A stretch of 62,212 nt of DNA, the filler included, from Jimgerdemannia flammicorona (lineage: Eukaryota), in NCBI GenBank assembly GCA_003990765.1. It is 3 parts of 3 records of this genome, joined end to end, with 100 filler letters (N's around TTAATTAATTAA, not from the genome) between each part and the next. Parts side by side here need not be neighbours in the genome. Positions count along the whole stretch, not along the records: positions 20,775 to 41,444 come from RBNJ01001619.1; positions 41,545 to 62,212 come from RBNJ01001620.1; 1 more part is not named here. One strand, 5' to 3'. A program made the translations under genes and the position numbers. Below are positions 35,636 through 49,400 of this stretch, in pieces. Under the pieces are notes generated by a model that ran no database searches, was not told the DNA's origin, and worked only from the letters and a program-made list of their open reading frames with translations. The stretch's first letter is position 1; the number at the start of each line of letters is the position of its first letter.

Positions 35636-38600
35636 TCTGTGAGTACATCTTTCTCCAGTAACATTCAGGTTACACAATCCTTTGGCAATACTTTCGATGC
35701 AGTTTCTAGAGACAAGCTACTAGTATCATGGCTACCGATGAGAATCCTGAGGTATGTACTGAGCAGGGTAGCCCTGGAGCGTTTGGATGGCAGCATGTGG
35801 GGAGAGGATCTGGCTTGGGGGGAAGCATGAGAGGCCTGCTGGTGGGAGGACGTGGTGGAGGAGGAGGCAGGGCTGGAGGGCAAGGGTCTGCCAGTGTCAA
35901 TGGGGAAGGATCTGGGTTCCTGAGCTTCGCAGACAAGGTCAAGGGGAGTGGGTGGCCGGCTGGTAGTAGGGCTGGTGCTGCTGAGGGGAAGGGCAAGGCG
36001 AGCCTAGGGAGTGGGGGTGGTGCTCTGGCTGGGGGTGCAGGAGTAGGGGCTGGAGGAGTGGTGGCTGGGGGTGTGACTGCTGATAGGGGCATGATGGGGA
36101 ATTAGCAAAAAAAAAGAGATGTGATGGCTGATGGCCAGGTGGGGCAGGGGGTCCTGATGCAGAAGGGGGACCTGGCTGATGGTGTTACGGGGCTGGCAGT
36201 GGCACCGTTACTCAAGAAGTCGATCTCGGAGTTTGCGGTGACTCTGTGCTTCCAAGGCTTAGGGGTGACAGCAAGGATGGTCTTGGGGCTTATCTCGAAG
36301 CAGGTGGCTGGGGCAGCTTCGGTGAAATTCCTGAGGGGTCTGGAGGGAGTTGAGGTGGGCTTTGAGGAGGCGGGCCCACTGGAAGAGGCGCTGAGGGCAG
36401 GAGTGGCAGTTGGTGAGGTGGTGGTCCCCATGGTATGCTGTTTGAGGTGGGACCCCAGAGTGGTACAGCTGCTGGTGAAGGGGGTGCCCACAGTGACGAA
36501 GGAGGAGACGAGGAGGAGGGTTGAGGAGGTGATGGCGGAGTATGGAGATGTGGTGGATATTGGCTTCAAGGTGTGGGAGGGGATGACAATCAGAACTGGC
36601 GATGTTGATGTCAGGATTCGGCTGGCAGGGAGGGAGGCCACAGGGAAGGCTGGTGACTAGCCCTCAGTGTTGATGTGGGGGGCCTTCATTTGTAAGGTGT
36701 CAAGGGTAAAGGGGAGTGAGGAGGAGGAGGAGGATTTGTTGGAGGCATTGGAGGAGATGAGTGGTGCAGTGGAGCGGCGGGCAAAGGCCTGGAAGCTTTA
36801 TGAGGAGTCAACACACTTGGAGATTGTGGAGGGGAAGTGTATCCGCACTGACAAGAGGCAGTGGGAGAGGGCTCAGGGGCGCTTGAGACAGAGGGAGCTC
36901 TTGGCAAGTATGACTGGAGGGGAGAAGCAGAAGGTTGATGGGGCTGAAGGGTCTGGAGGTGTCAAAGCCAGTGTATGGGCTAGCGAAGGCAGCAAGGAGC
37001 CGGTGGTGAACGAAGAATGGGCTGCGAAGATACTGGGCAGGGATCCCTATGCAGATGGTACTTTCGAGGTCTGGGAGGAGGAGTCGGATGGTACCCCCCC
37101 CCCACTTATCAGGAGGGGCCCGGTGGGGTGGAGAGGAGCAGCGGAAGATGTACCGATGAAGGGGGCCCAGCAGATTACCTTTGGGGTCCCAGATGTGGCA
37201 AAAGGGGGCCAAGTAGTGGCTGTTGGTGAGGATGAGCTGGTGGATGTCCCAGAAGAGGAGTGGAATGAGGATGCCAGTGTGGGTGTGGATACTACGATGC
37301 TGGATGCAGGGTGGCCAGGGACCCCTGGAGGGAAGGAGATCGGGAATCTGCTGTGGATGAGCAAGGTGATGGATAACCTTGCAGCTGAGAAGTTGCGGGA
37401 AGTGGATCTGAGGGTTATGCCAGAGGAGCACTGGGCACAGATTCTGCGAGGTGCGGGAGTGGTGGAGGCACTGCAGATGGAGATTCTTACGATACTGCTG
37501 GAGGAAGAGGGTTATGAGGTGGATGAGGTGAGGAAGGTGGAGCTGGTGGTTGTTGCGGGTGAGTGGGAGGCCTACTGTTGGGCAGAATGCCATGGTTTGC
37601 AGTTCTGGCAGGAGGCCTGTAGGGAGTATAGGGAGGACTTTGAGGAGAAAGAGGATGGGGCAATGGTTGAACTTCTTGAGGGATTGGAGGCACAGGGAAC
37701 TGAGAGGAAGATACTGACTACAGGACACGACTTGGATTTGGCACAGGTGGACTTGAGTGCGGATTTGTAGAGGAGAGGTTTTATCTTTAACAATATTCCT
37801 CATGAACAGTACAACTAACATTTTCTCTCTCAATGTGAATGGTCTTCGGGGATCTGGGTGGTGTAAGAACATTTTTACTTGGCTAAAGGGATTGGAGGCT
37901 GATCTCTTTCTACTGCAGGATGTATGGTGTGAGGATGAGAATGACTGGGTGGAATGGACTCAGGAATGGAGTGGGGCTACTGCTTGGTTTGGAAAGGTGG
38001 TGATTCTGTTGAAGAAGGGTAGAGGAGATTTGGAAGGGATCAAGAACTGGGGAGATCGACTGGTCTGGGGTGAATGGCACCGGCTGGGGTGGGAATCAGT
38101 GAGGGTGGGCTCATACTACTGCCTGGCAGCTAGGGGAGAGAGAGTTGCATGGATCAAGGAACTACTGGAGGAGGGCGTTCTCTTGGAGGATGGGGTTGAT
38201 GTTCTTGGTGGGGATTTTAACATAGTTCGAGATTTGCAGTTGGATAGGACTGATGGAGGAAGAAATGCTGGTGGGAGGAGTGGTGGTCTGGATGCATGGG
38301 AGGAGGTGGAAAACCTTAGCTCCTTAGGGGATATGGGCCAAACATGGTGGGGTGGCACCAGGGTCTACATGCACTGGGTGAATGGCTTAGGGACAAGGAT
38401 TGACTGGATTCTGACAGCTGAATATTGGGGTGCTGATGTCTGGAAGACTTTGGAGGTGGTGTGGTGCCCGTGGTCTGATCACTGGGGACTGATTGGGCAG
38501 GGGCAGTTTGGGGGGAGTGGAGATGGACCTGGACATTGGCATCTTAACTCCTCTCTGCTGACTGAGAAGGGGTTGTGGGACTCATGGGTAGAGGAAGTGC

Positions 38601-41444
38601 AGGCAAAGATTCCGTTTTGGAGGCAGGAGGGTTTATCTGTGGGTGTCCATTGGATGAGATTGAAGGAGGCTGTGAGGGTTTATTGGGGAGGAGCTGGTAG
38701 GGAGGCAGGAAGAAGGAGGAGGAAGCGAATACAGTCTGCCTCCAATAGGCTGGGGAGATTGCAGTTAGAGTGGGCAGATTTGCTTGCATCTGATGAGGTG
38801 GAGGATTGGAGGTTAGTGAGGGCGAAATTGGAGGTTGTAGAACTGCAACAGGTGTTGCGAGAGGAGGAGGAGATTCATATGCGAGGTATGGCAGCCAGGC
38901 TTAGATGGCAGGGGCTTGAGGAGGGGGAGCGGCCTACTAGGTACTTGTCTAGGCTACTCAAAGCCAGGCAGGTGAGGCATAGGTGGGATGGGATCTTGGA
39001 TGCTGAGAGAGAGCTGATGCATGGCATGTAGCAGATCCTGGGAGTGCTGAAGGAGAATTGGCGGGGTCTGTGGAGTGAGGAAGAAGGGGGTGCTGATGCA
39101 GAGGTGATTGGTGACACACTGGAAGAGTGGGAGCCACCACAGGTAGAGGGTCTGGGTGACTTGACCTTACCTGTCCAAGAGGAGGAGATACAAGGTATCC
39201 TGGCAGCGACTAAGCTTGGAACGGTGCCAGGGGAGGATGGGCTACCATAAGACTTCTGGAAGTGGATGGTGGAAGTCCCAGGGATGCTGGGTGAGATGGC
39301 GGCCCTCTGTGACCATGTTCTTTTGAATGGCATGTGGGTTGGTGAGCAGGATTTAGGGCTGGTTGCCCTACTGTACAAAGACAAGGACCAGTATGAGGAT
39401 TGGAAGAACTGGAGGCCAATCATGCTTCTGGACATGGATCGGAAGTTGGTGACTAAGGTGATTGTTGCAAGGCTACAGAAGATTGCTCAACAGGTGCTGG
39501 GGGAGGAGCAATGGGGCTTTGTAGGTGGTAGACTTATAAGAGATGGAACTGCCTGGGTACATGGCATTATTGAAGGGGCCCAGGCCTGTGGACTGAATGG
39601 GAGACTGGTCTTTTTGGATCAAGAGAAGGCCTATGACTGTGTTCGGCAGATTTGGTTGGGCAAGGTACTGGACAGGATTGGCATTCCACTACAGTTTCGA
39701 GCCTCTATGTTGAGTTTGTTGGATGGGAGTCGAGCAGCGCTGATGTGTAATGGTCACAGGGGTTTGGCATTCCCCTTGGGGAGAGGGGTCCCTCAGGGGG
39801 ACCCACTGTCCCCTATCCTTTATGCTCTCTCCTTGGAACCTTTGATAGACAGGATCCACAAGAGGGTGACTGGGCTCTCTGTATATGGCATGGAATGGAA
39901 GGTGGGGGCCTTTGCAGATGACATGGTAGTTGGACTTAGATCAATAGCAGATGTAGAAGCTCTTCGGGAAACAGTGGAGTGGTATGAGGCACACTCTGGA
40001 GCAAAGCTCAACTGGTATAAGTGTGAGACAATGGTGCTGGGGAATGGGCTAGTGGGAGGGGATGTCATTGGAACAATTGTCCCTACAGGAGAGGTGGTGC
40101 GGTACCTAGGTATCTTCCTCTCTATATATGGCTCTGTCCTACTGTGAATATGGTGGGAGGGGAGGGTGGCCATTTGGGGAGAGGCTCTAAAAGGCTGGGG
40201 GGGTCAGCACATCTCCCTGGCAAGGAGGGTGGCAATTCTGAATGTATACTGGTTCCCCAAGCTGTGGTATGTGGCATATCACTTAGACTTTCCCACTTGG
40301 GTGGTGAAGAGGCTGATGAAACTGGCTAGGGAGTGGATTTGGGCTGGCAGAAGGGCCCAGATCAGTTGGGATATCCTTGTCGAGCCAGTGCTTAGGGGAG
40401 GCCTGGGCCTTGTGGATTTCCCTAAGTATCTACACTGCCTGCGAGCTTGGTGGTTGAGAAGGGCTGTTGATCTATAGGGTGGAGGTTGGGTGCCATTGAT
40501 GAAGAAGGTGTGGGAGATGCGAGTCTCCCCCCGGGGGTCCACAGGGGATCTACTCTCTTTAGTGGGTCTGAATAGAAGCCGATGGTTATGGTATAAGGGC
40601 TTCTGGTGGGAAGTGGTTGAGGGGGCACATCGGATAGGCCTGCGCTGGCATGGAAATGAGGGGGAGGAGGTATGCGGTCCAGCTATGTGGCGATGGGACT
40701 GTCTGCTTCTAGGGAGAGTTCCACTAGCTGAGTTTGATATTGGTGATGGAGTAGAGTGTCAGCGGCAAATTGGACAGGACCTTTGGCCGAGTAGCTGGCA
40801 GGCAGTGAGGATTGGTGAAGAGTGGGATTGGGCAAGGATCTAGTCTTAGTGTACAGAGGTTCGGCGGTGGCTCCCTCCCAAGTTCTGGGTAGTGTGGTGG
40901 CATATGTTGTGGAGGAATGTTATGTTGAACTTCCATGCTGGGCATCTGGTGGATGGGGGTCAGCTGGATTGTGAGGAGTGTTATAATGTTGGGCAAGTTG
41001 GGAGTTTTGTGCAAATGCCTGAACATTGGCTGGAGGAGTGTGAGGTCCTGGGTGACTTTTGGATAGCTATAGGAGACTGCCTTGGGGTTGAAAGGAGATC
41101 AGATGGGGAGAGAGGTCGCTGGGAAGATCTGGAATCTAGACTTGTGAGAGGTGTTGGTAATAGGTGGCTTACCATAGGATGGGTTGTGGTGGTGTGGGTG
41201 GAGTTGGCTGGACATTGGCTCTTTGTTTTTGAGGAGGGGCGCCAGATAGGGATACGGGAGAAGTTATTGAGATGGGAGGAGTTGGTGGCAGATTTGTTAA
41301 CAGTGTGGTGGGTTGGGTGAGGACTGCAAGGTGGGTGATGCCACCATCTGGTGGAGGAGATCTGTTGGCAGAGTGATGGGTGGATGGCGATGGTGTTTGA
41401 TAAAGTAGTTTTTTGTCAAGAAGGGGTAGGAGGAGGGAGTGGGG
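35636..41444 (+). mobile_element. Near-full-length L1/Tx1-like LINE copy 4 (ORF1 35728-37770, ORF2 from 37802), 3' end lost in the gap
   Basis: ORF2 MNSTTNIFSLNVNGL..LLQD..GGDFN..RIDW..SDH (APE); PGEDG, NWRPIMLL, LDQEKAYD, GVPQGDPLSP, FADD, YLG (RT); CEEC..EHWLEEC. Several in-frame stops. Confidence 0.94.
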
Positions 41445-41544
41445 NNNNNNNNNNNNNNNNNNNNNNNNNNNNNNNNNNNNNNNNNNNNTTAATTAATTAA
41501 NNNNNNNNNNNNNNNNNNNNNNNNNNNNNNNNNNNNNNNNNNNN
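41445..41544. other. Assembly gap with artificial TTAATTAATTAA linker
   Basis: Same 100-bp structure as 20675-20774. Confidence 0.97.
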
Positions 41545-43464
41545 TTTAAAAATAAATCTTCAATCATCTGAAATAAGTTGCTTCAGCCAACTAAAGAAAA
41601 AAAAGAATATATACTATAGCAAACTCTGGTGTGCACTGGATCATTACAAATGTTGAGTTCCAATATATACAGATATCTAATATAAGCTCTTTTGGAGCTA
41701 AACTGATTACTCTATACTATATAGTGAATTTGTCTCATTATTGTGGAGATGATCAGACTGACCAACCAGTTTGCACAGCTTGGAAATTATACTCAGGGCT
41801 TCTTCTCTCTCAGATGTTTTGTCTATATGTATAAGATAGTCCTGAATAGCAAGGTTCAGTATGTGGGCCTGGTATTGTACATAATAGCTTTCTATACTGA
41901 AGACTATATTTTCTTATTTGAGGCTGACTACTAAAACTTGAAAAAATGTTGAGTTGTTTATAGCATTGTCTGTTATAATAGCCAAAATCTGTACTTGAAA
42001 TATTTAGTTGGCAAATTTATGTGAAAATAAATAACCAATAAAATCTGTTTTATTTTAGAATCTCTCTCAAAATGCCAATCTGATAGCAAGCCCCCTTTTT
42101 TACCTTGGTTGTGATCCTAAGCTCCTGGATATAACTAATAAAAGTATCTGTGATGTTGTCTCCAGAATAAGGGCCAGCAAGTTTGACAAAGTCAAGGGTG
42201 AGAGATTTAAGCTACCAATTGAGGTCAATCTAATAACTGGTAATATCCAGAAATGAAATTGCATTGGGGGATGTCTATGTGTCGATTATAAATAAAATTT
42301 TTCCTGCCAAATTCTACTTATTAAATGTAACGTTAAATTGGTGAGCTCTTTATAAAAATATATATATAATTCAGCTTGCAAAGGTCATGATGCTGCTCTT
42401 ATTTTATCTGAAGTACATATCTGGTAGAGATTGTTGTACTCCTTCCTATAGATCTCCAGGACATCTTTGTAAATAGTATCAGTACTTGGCAAATATAAAT
42501 CATACTTGAGAAGGCCAAAGATACTATGCAATTGATCACTCTCAATGATTGTGAATGGCTGGTCTGTATATACAATCTAGTGAATGAGCTAATTTCAAAA
42601 TTCTGCCAAAGAGTATGGCTAAATATTTTTGATTAAATAGGGTTGTTGATATAGAAATGGTCAGGTAATCAGATAAATATACTTACTACAGCTTAGATAT
42701 TGATTTTATTTGTCTTTATATTCTTTTTGATTTTGTCAGAGTACTTGTCTTTTATGTATTAATATATGTTTGAAGTCATACTACCAAGCATTTTGAACTT
42801 CTGGCTGGTGCAGTTTATAGGGGTGGATGAAACAGTATCATGTGTGTATCAAACAAAAAGTATCAGTTATATCAATAGGTGCATCTTAATTTTTTACCTG
42901 CAATAATTACAAACAGCATTATCTCCTATATTAGTACAATGTTGTCAGATTTTGGAGTAAGGATTGTGTAAAAGGTGTGGAACTATTGACTTGAAGCATC
43001 ATCAGTACTGTGAACTGTTGAAGACAGATCTGTTGATATATATATGTTTGTGTGTTTGCATGTGCATAGGTATGTTTGCATATGTGTGTATTGTATATAT
43101 GGATGCATCCAGCATATGAGTCATGTGGAGGATTTGGATTAGAGGATTTGATTGAAGGATTTGAATGAGAATTCAGATTAAAGGATTCGAATTGGAGGAT
43201 TTGAATTAGAGGATTTGAATTGGAGGATTCAGATTAAGTAATTTGGATTGAGTAATTCAGATTGAGTAATTCAGATTGAGTGATTTGAATTGAGTAATTT
43301 GAATTGAAGTGGTTTGGTTGGGTGATTCAGATGGGGCAATTCAGATGGAGCAATTCAGATTAATCTGAGTTGATTCAGATAGCTTCATATTTGAGATTCA
43401 GATCAAACCATTATGTGATAAATTGAATCTGGATTTGATTTGAATTGACTCATTCAGAGCACTA
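41545..43464 (-). mobile_element. Decayed intron-containing hAT DNA transposon (5' part) inserted in element B
   Basis: BED-finger remnants (I*QHC..AVCNYC; MTSNI); LIH*IVYTDQPFTIIES..LPSTDTI; IDT*TSPNAISFL..GPYSGDNI; AIITDNAINN; QAHILNLAIQD; ELILD...WNSTFVM. Terminus TAGTGCTC at 43464 fits the (C/T)A(A/G)NG hAT end. Confidence 0.85.
43125..43450. repeat. Subterminal ~15-bp tandem repeats of the hAT element (GGATTTGAATTRGA / GAGTAATTCAGATT variants)
   Basis: Degenerate array seen directly next to the putative terminus. Confidence 0.8.
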
Positions 43465-46400
43465 TTTATAAGCTACTCCTTTCTTGAGAAGGGTCTGAAT
43501 TGGGGCAGCAATTTGAACAAAGTTCTTAATAAACCTTCTGTAGTAGGATACTAGTATCAAGAATGATAATATTTCCTTCAAGGTCTTGGATACTGGCCAA
43601 TTGTTGATTTTCTCAGTCTTTTTTGAGTCTATATAGATTCCTTCTTTTGAAACTATAAATCTAAGGAATTTGAGTTTCTGTTTTCCAAAATAGCATTTCT
43701 TAGTATTGAGTCTCAGGTGGTTCTTACAAGTAAGCTTGAAGAATTCTTCTAGGTAGTATAGGTGTTTCTCAAAATTTACTAAATAGATGTTTGAATTATC
43801 TATATATATAATCAGATAGTAGTGGATCAGGGTAACATAGACTGAATTCATCATCCTCTGGAAGATAGAGGAGATATATTATAAAGTTCAAAGAGTATTC
43901 AGAGATATTCAAATAGTTTTTCTAGAGTATGAAAGGCTGTCTTCTGAATGTCTTTGGGATCCATGAGGATCTTATGGAATCCTGCAAAAAGGTCTATACT
44001 ACTGAGGTATCTGATATCTTATAACTGATCCAAGAGGTCATTAATTCTGGACAAAGGATAGATATTCTTTTTGGTGACTGAATTGAGTTTTCTATAATCT
44101 ATATATGTAGGGTCTCTATCTTCTTTCTTTAGTACAATAAGTATAGAACTGGCCCAAGGGCTAGTAGAGAGTTAGATGACTCCATTGTCCAAGAGTTCTT
44201 AAATGTGATCCTTTTTAAATATCTTTAAGTAATGGAATATTCTATAGAATTTCTGCTGGATGGGTGTTGCATTTTCTATATTTATGCTATAGTGGTATGA
44301 TGGGTTATATGTCAGATTGCCATAGTCTGTAGTAAAGATATCTTGATATTTGTTGAGGAGTACCACTAGTTATTGTCATTGGTGGAGTGTCAATTCTTCT
44401 CCAATATTAGTGAAAGGCTTCACTGTCTTCTGGGTTACAGAGGAGTCTTTCCTTTCTTCTGAAACCTTTTGCTATTTCCTGATAAGTTTAGTTGAGAAAA
44501 GGCATTAGATATTCTATAATAGTTTCTTTTAGCAATATGATGGTTTCCCAACTTTGATTGGTTGCTTGGGAGTGCACTGGATTCATCTTGTCAGAGAATG
44601 TGTGTCCTTCTATATCTAGGTACAGAATATCTTCATTGGGTTCAAAGAAAAGATTTCTGAGATTAGGTGGTACAAAGATTTCAAAGATGGTTTGCTCTCT
44701 AGACTCCAGAATGAGATTCTTGTGCAGTTTGACTGGTTGGCAGTATACTTGCTGGGGAACATTCCTCTTGAGATAATTGACTTAAAGGAGGTATATCTCA
44801 GGGAAGTGGGGATGGGCCTGGACATTGGTGCCTCAATTCTTCTTTATTGGATGATAAGACCCAGTGGGATGAGTGGGCTAAAGACATTCAATTGAGGGTG
44901 GAGAACTGGAGGCAGGAAGGGGCCTCAGTTGGGACTCAGTGGATGAGAATGAAGGAAATGGCCAGGATTTACTGGAGGGAGGCTGGCAAGGAGACAGGGA
45001 AGCAGCAAAAGCAATGAGTATATTGGGCCTCTACTAGATTGGTGAGACTCCTGGAGGAGTGGGCAAGGCTGATGATGTTGGAGGGAGAAGAAGATTGGAG
45101 ATTAATGAGGGTGAAAATGGAGATTGGGGAACTTCAACAGGTGCTGTAGGAGGAGGAAGAGGCAAGGGTACAGAGCTTGGCAGCACGTCTTCGCTGGCAG
45201 GATCTGGAGGAAGGAGAGAGGCCTTCCAAGCTTCTTACAAAGGCCCTTAGGGCGAGGCAGGTACAGCAACAGTGGGAAGGGGTATTGGACTCTGATGGTA
45301 TACTGGTGCATGGTGTACAGGACATTCTTAGATTGCTAAAGGAGAGATGGAGTGGATTGTGGAGTGAAGAGGAGGGTGGGGCAGATGCCACTACAATTGA
45401 ATGAACATTGGAGGATTGGCACCCACCACAAGTCGAAGGGCTAGGAGATCTGGTGATGCCTGTACAGGAGGATGAGATCCACCAGGTTCTTGCCGTGACA
45501 ATACCAGGTACAGCACCTGGGGAGGATGGTCTGCCCTGGGACTTTTGGAAGCGAATGGTTGGAGTTCCAGGGGTAATGGGAGAGATGACAGCTTTGTGTG
45601 ACCTTATTCTACAGACAGGGAGATGGGTGGGGGAGCAGGACCTTGGGCTGGTGACACTGCTGTACAAAAACAAAAGAAGGTAGGAGGATTGGAAGAACTG
45701 GTGGCCAATAATGTTGCTAGATATGGACAGGAAGTTAGTAACTAAGGTGGTGGTGGTAAGACTACAGAAGGTAGTCCAGCAGGTCGTGGGTATTGAGCAG
45801 AGGGGATTTGTGGGTGGTCGGCTCATCAGAGATAGCACTGCCTGGGTGCATGGCATTATCGAAGGGGCAAGGGCCTGTGGACTGGATGGGCATCTAGTCT
45901 TCTTGGACCAGAAGAAGGCATATGACTGGGTGCAAAGAGTCTGGCTGGCGAAAGTCTTGGATAGAATGGGGGTTCTGCATCAATTCTGGTCAGCGATGGT
46001 CAGCCTACTGGAAGGGAGTAGGGCTATACTCATGTGTAATGGACATAGAGGGGTAGCATTCCCCTTGGGTAGGGGGGTGCCCCAGGGGGATCCATTGTCC
46101 CCTATTTTGTATGCTCTTTCCCTGGAACCCCTTATGGACTGAATTAGGCGGAGAATAGTGGGGCTCTCTGTCTTTGACATAGGATGGAAAGTTGGGGCCT
46201 TTGCTGATGACATGGTGGTGGGTTTGGGTTCAATTGCTGATATTGAGGAGCTCAAGAAGACTGTGGAGTGGTATGAGGAGTACTCTGGAGCTAAGCTGAA
46301 TTGGCATAAGTGTGAGATGATGGTGCTAGGTAATAGCCTGGTGGGAGGGGAAGTTATAGGAACAATCATCCCCACCAGGGAAGCAGTGTGGTACTTAGGT

Positions 46401-49400
46401 ATCTACTTGTTAGTCTATGGGTCAGTTCTGCCCAGGCTTTGGTGGGAGCAGAGGATTGGAATCTGGGAGGAGACTCTGTGGAATTGGGGGGGATGACATT
46501 TTTCTCTAGCAGAGCAGGTCTTGATTTTGAATGTCTACTGGCTGCCAAAGTTGTGGTACCTGGCATATCATCTGGACTTTCCGGCCTGGGTAGTGAAGAG
46601 ATTGATAAAGTTGGCGAAGGGATGGATTTGGGCTGGCAGGTAGAGTCAGATTAGTTGGGAGACCTTGTCCCTACCAGTAGCAAGAGGCGGTCTTGAGCTG
46701 GTTGACTTTCTGAAATGGTTATACTGCTTGAGAGCATGGTGGCTGAAGAGGGCAGTAGAGTTGAGAGGAGGTGGATGGGTTCCTCTGCTACAGAAGATAT
46801 GAGAGAGGTGGGCATCGCCAAGGGGCTCAACTGGTGATCTCCTCTCTTTGGTTGGGCTTCAGAACACTGCTCAACTGCGATATAAAGGATTTTGGTGGGG
46901 AATTGCAGAAGGGGTGCACTGTATTGGTATTTGTTGGCAGGGGAATAAAGGAGAGGAGGATTGGGACCCAGCAATGTGGAGATGGAATCATATACTGCTG
47001 GGTGGTGCTCCTTTAGTTGAGTTCGATATTGGTGATGAAATAGAATGCCAAAGGGGACCAGGCCAGGATCTGTGGCCTAGCGGTTGGCAAGGAGTTGGAA
47101 TTGATGAAGAGTAGAACTGGCATGGTATTTGGACCTGGAGTGCTGCAGTGAGAATGTGGCTGCCACCAAAGTACTGGGTGATTTGGTAGTGCATGCTGTA
47201 GAGGAATGTTATGCTCAACTTTTGCTCAGAGCACCTTGTTGTAGGGGGTTGCTTCGACTGTGAGAAGTGCCATAATGTAGGGCAGGAGGGGGGTTATGTA
47301 CAGATGCCAGAACATTGGCTAGGAGAGTGTGAGGTGTTGGGGGATTTTTGGCAGACAATTAGAGATCACTTGGGGGTACAGGTAGGGGTGATGAAGTATG
47401 GGGGTGGTGGGAGGACTTGAGGGATAGATTGGTAGGGGGGATAGGGAAGGAGTAGCTTACTTTGGGTTGGGCTTTGGCTATTTGGGTGGGGCTGGCCAGT
47501 CATTGGCTATTTGTTTTTGAGGATGAGAGGAGACAGAGCTTGGGGAACTGGTTGCTGTGGTGGTATAGGCTTATGGAAGATATCTTAACAGGCTGGTGGC
47601 TGGGTTGGGGGATGCAGGGTGGTCGGAGGTGCCGCTTGGTGGAGAAAATCTGTGGGCAAAGTGGGGGGAGAGTTGGGGTTGTTGGTAAAAGAGTGATTTT
47701 CATTCGTGAGGAAGTAGGGAGGGGCCCCCCTGTGGGGATTGGATAGTGGGTGGGAATGATGTATATTTATTCATAGACTGGTAATAAAGGCAGAGTCCAA
47801 GTAACTATAAAAAAAAGAAGGTATATCTCTTTCTTATTTGAACTTCCAAATCCTTTGGCTTATTTTGTTCCTTCAGTCAGTTCAGAGGCTTTTTGTAATT
47901 GTGGAGTCTTGACCTTTATGAAGACTGCTTGGGCAATCTTCTATCTTTTCATAATTCAGTACTACTCTATATTACTATTATATAGGATGACCTTAATTTT
48001 GTCTATATATCCTAAGTCAATGGTTCCTCCTTCTATAGTTATTTCTTATCTAGTAAGTCCAGACCTTGAAGTTAGTTGGATGTAAGTTCCTTGAGATAGC
48101 TGCATAGCTAGCCCAGTTCTAATCATCAGTGTTCTTCTAGGCTTGATAGATTCATTCTCCAGACTATAAAGATCATACTCTATATCTTCTGGGTGAGCTT
48201 TTGTTGGAGGTTTGGCCTTGGGATATAGCAGGGCATACTGGGCAATATCTTTACTGAGTTCAGGCTGTCCTTGGGCCAAAGTTCTACTGACAGAAAGTCT
48301 CTAGGCTCTGAGATTGAGATGTGGCTATCTGGCTCTAGTAGAGAGATCTTGGAGATAATTGATTCCTCTTTTTCCTATAGGATCTATGGCTTTCATGAAG
48401 TTGGTGGCATCTTCTACCTATTTTTGGTAGATTATATGTCTGATGAGAGCTAGGATGTCTTCTCCTAAATCATAGATCTTGAGAATCCTCTTTTCTGGCT
48501 TCTTTGTCTGACTTTTTTAGATCTAACCTCTATTATCTCCTCTCTTCAAGGTATAGATTATGATATTATGGCTGAGATGAATCTTCTGGTGTCTACAATC
48601 TTGGCAGTTAGAGTGTCTTTTATAATTGCAATATTTCATTACTTGGAAATACTGTTCCTTATTATTGATCTCCTGTTGTCTTGGGAATTAGTATCCATCT
48701 TGATTATAAGTTGGGGGAAGAGTGAACAGGGGGTATATTTCTATTCAGATAAAGAGATCTTATCCTCTAAATTGGCTTTGCAACTTAGTAGCAACTTCTT
48801 GGAAGATAGTTGACTGTGCAACTATAGTTGAGAGTTCTGGTCTTCAGGATCTCTATTTCTTCTTTTAGTCTAGTAGATAGCACTGGCAGCAGTAGTCTTA
48901 GAGAGTGGAAGACTATTTGATGTAGATATCTTCCTAGCCAGAAAGCTCTTTCTTAGTATGTTTCTTACTTTGAAATAATGGAGGTTGTGCTGGGTCCTTC
49001 TTCAATATTTCAGAGATCATTATCTTCAGGTAGTGTCTAGCAAGAGTCATCTCAGGGAATGAGTTCAGGAACCTCTTCTTCTTCAGGTACCTCTTGTTCA
49101 GGAACTTCTTATTTAGGAGCTTCTTCTTTCTCAGATAATTCTTGACCCCAAATTACTTATACTTCTGCAGTTTTGGCTATAGGTATTTCTGAAATATGTC
49201 TACATTTCTTCTTCTTTCTTCTACACTCTGAGCAGGCTGTGCCAGGTGAATTCCTTGTCTCAATGATCTTGGAGGAGTGCTTGGAGCACTTATATCTCTT
49301 GAGACAGATGAGGCATCCTTTAATCTCTTACAATAACTCCAATGATAATGGGGACAGTGTTTTAGGTCCATATATTGTCTTCTGGCCTATCATCTACTAG

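Noticed and set aside
43035..43105. (TA/TG)-rich microsatellite-like patch
   Set aside because: Low-complexity decayed sequence inside the hAT element with no independent significance.
49190..49320. Minus-strand ACSECRRKKKKC, which looks like half a Zn2Cys6 cluster within element B
   Set aside because: It is out of frame with the apparent polyprotein frame (the acidic EEEE/EVPE frame) and lacks the second half, so it is probably a chance product of purine-rich sequence.
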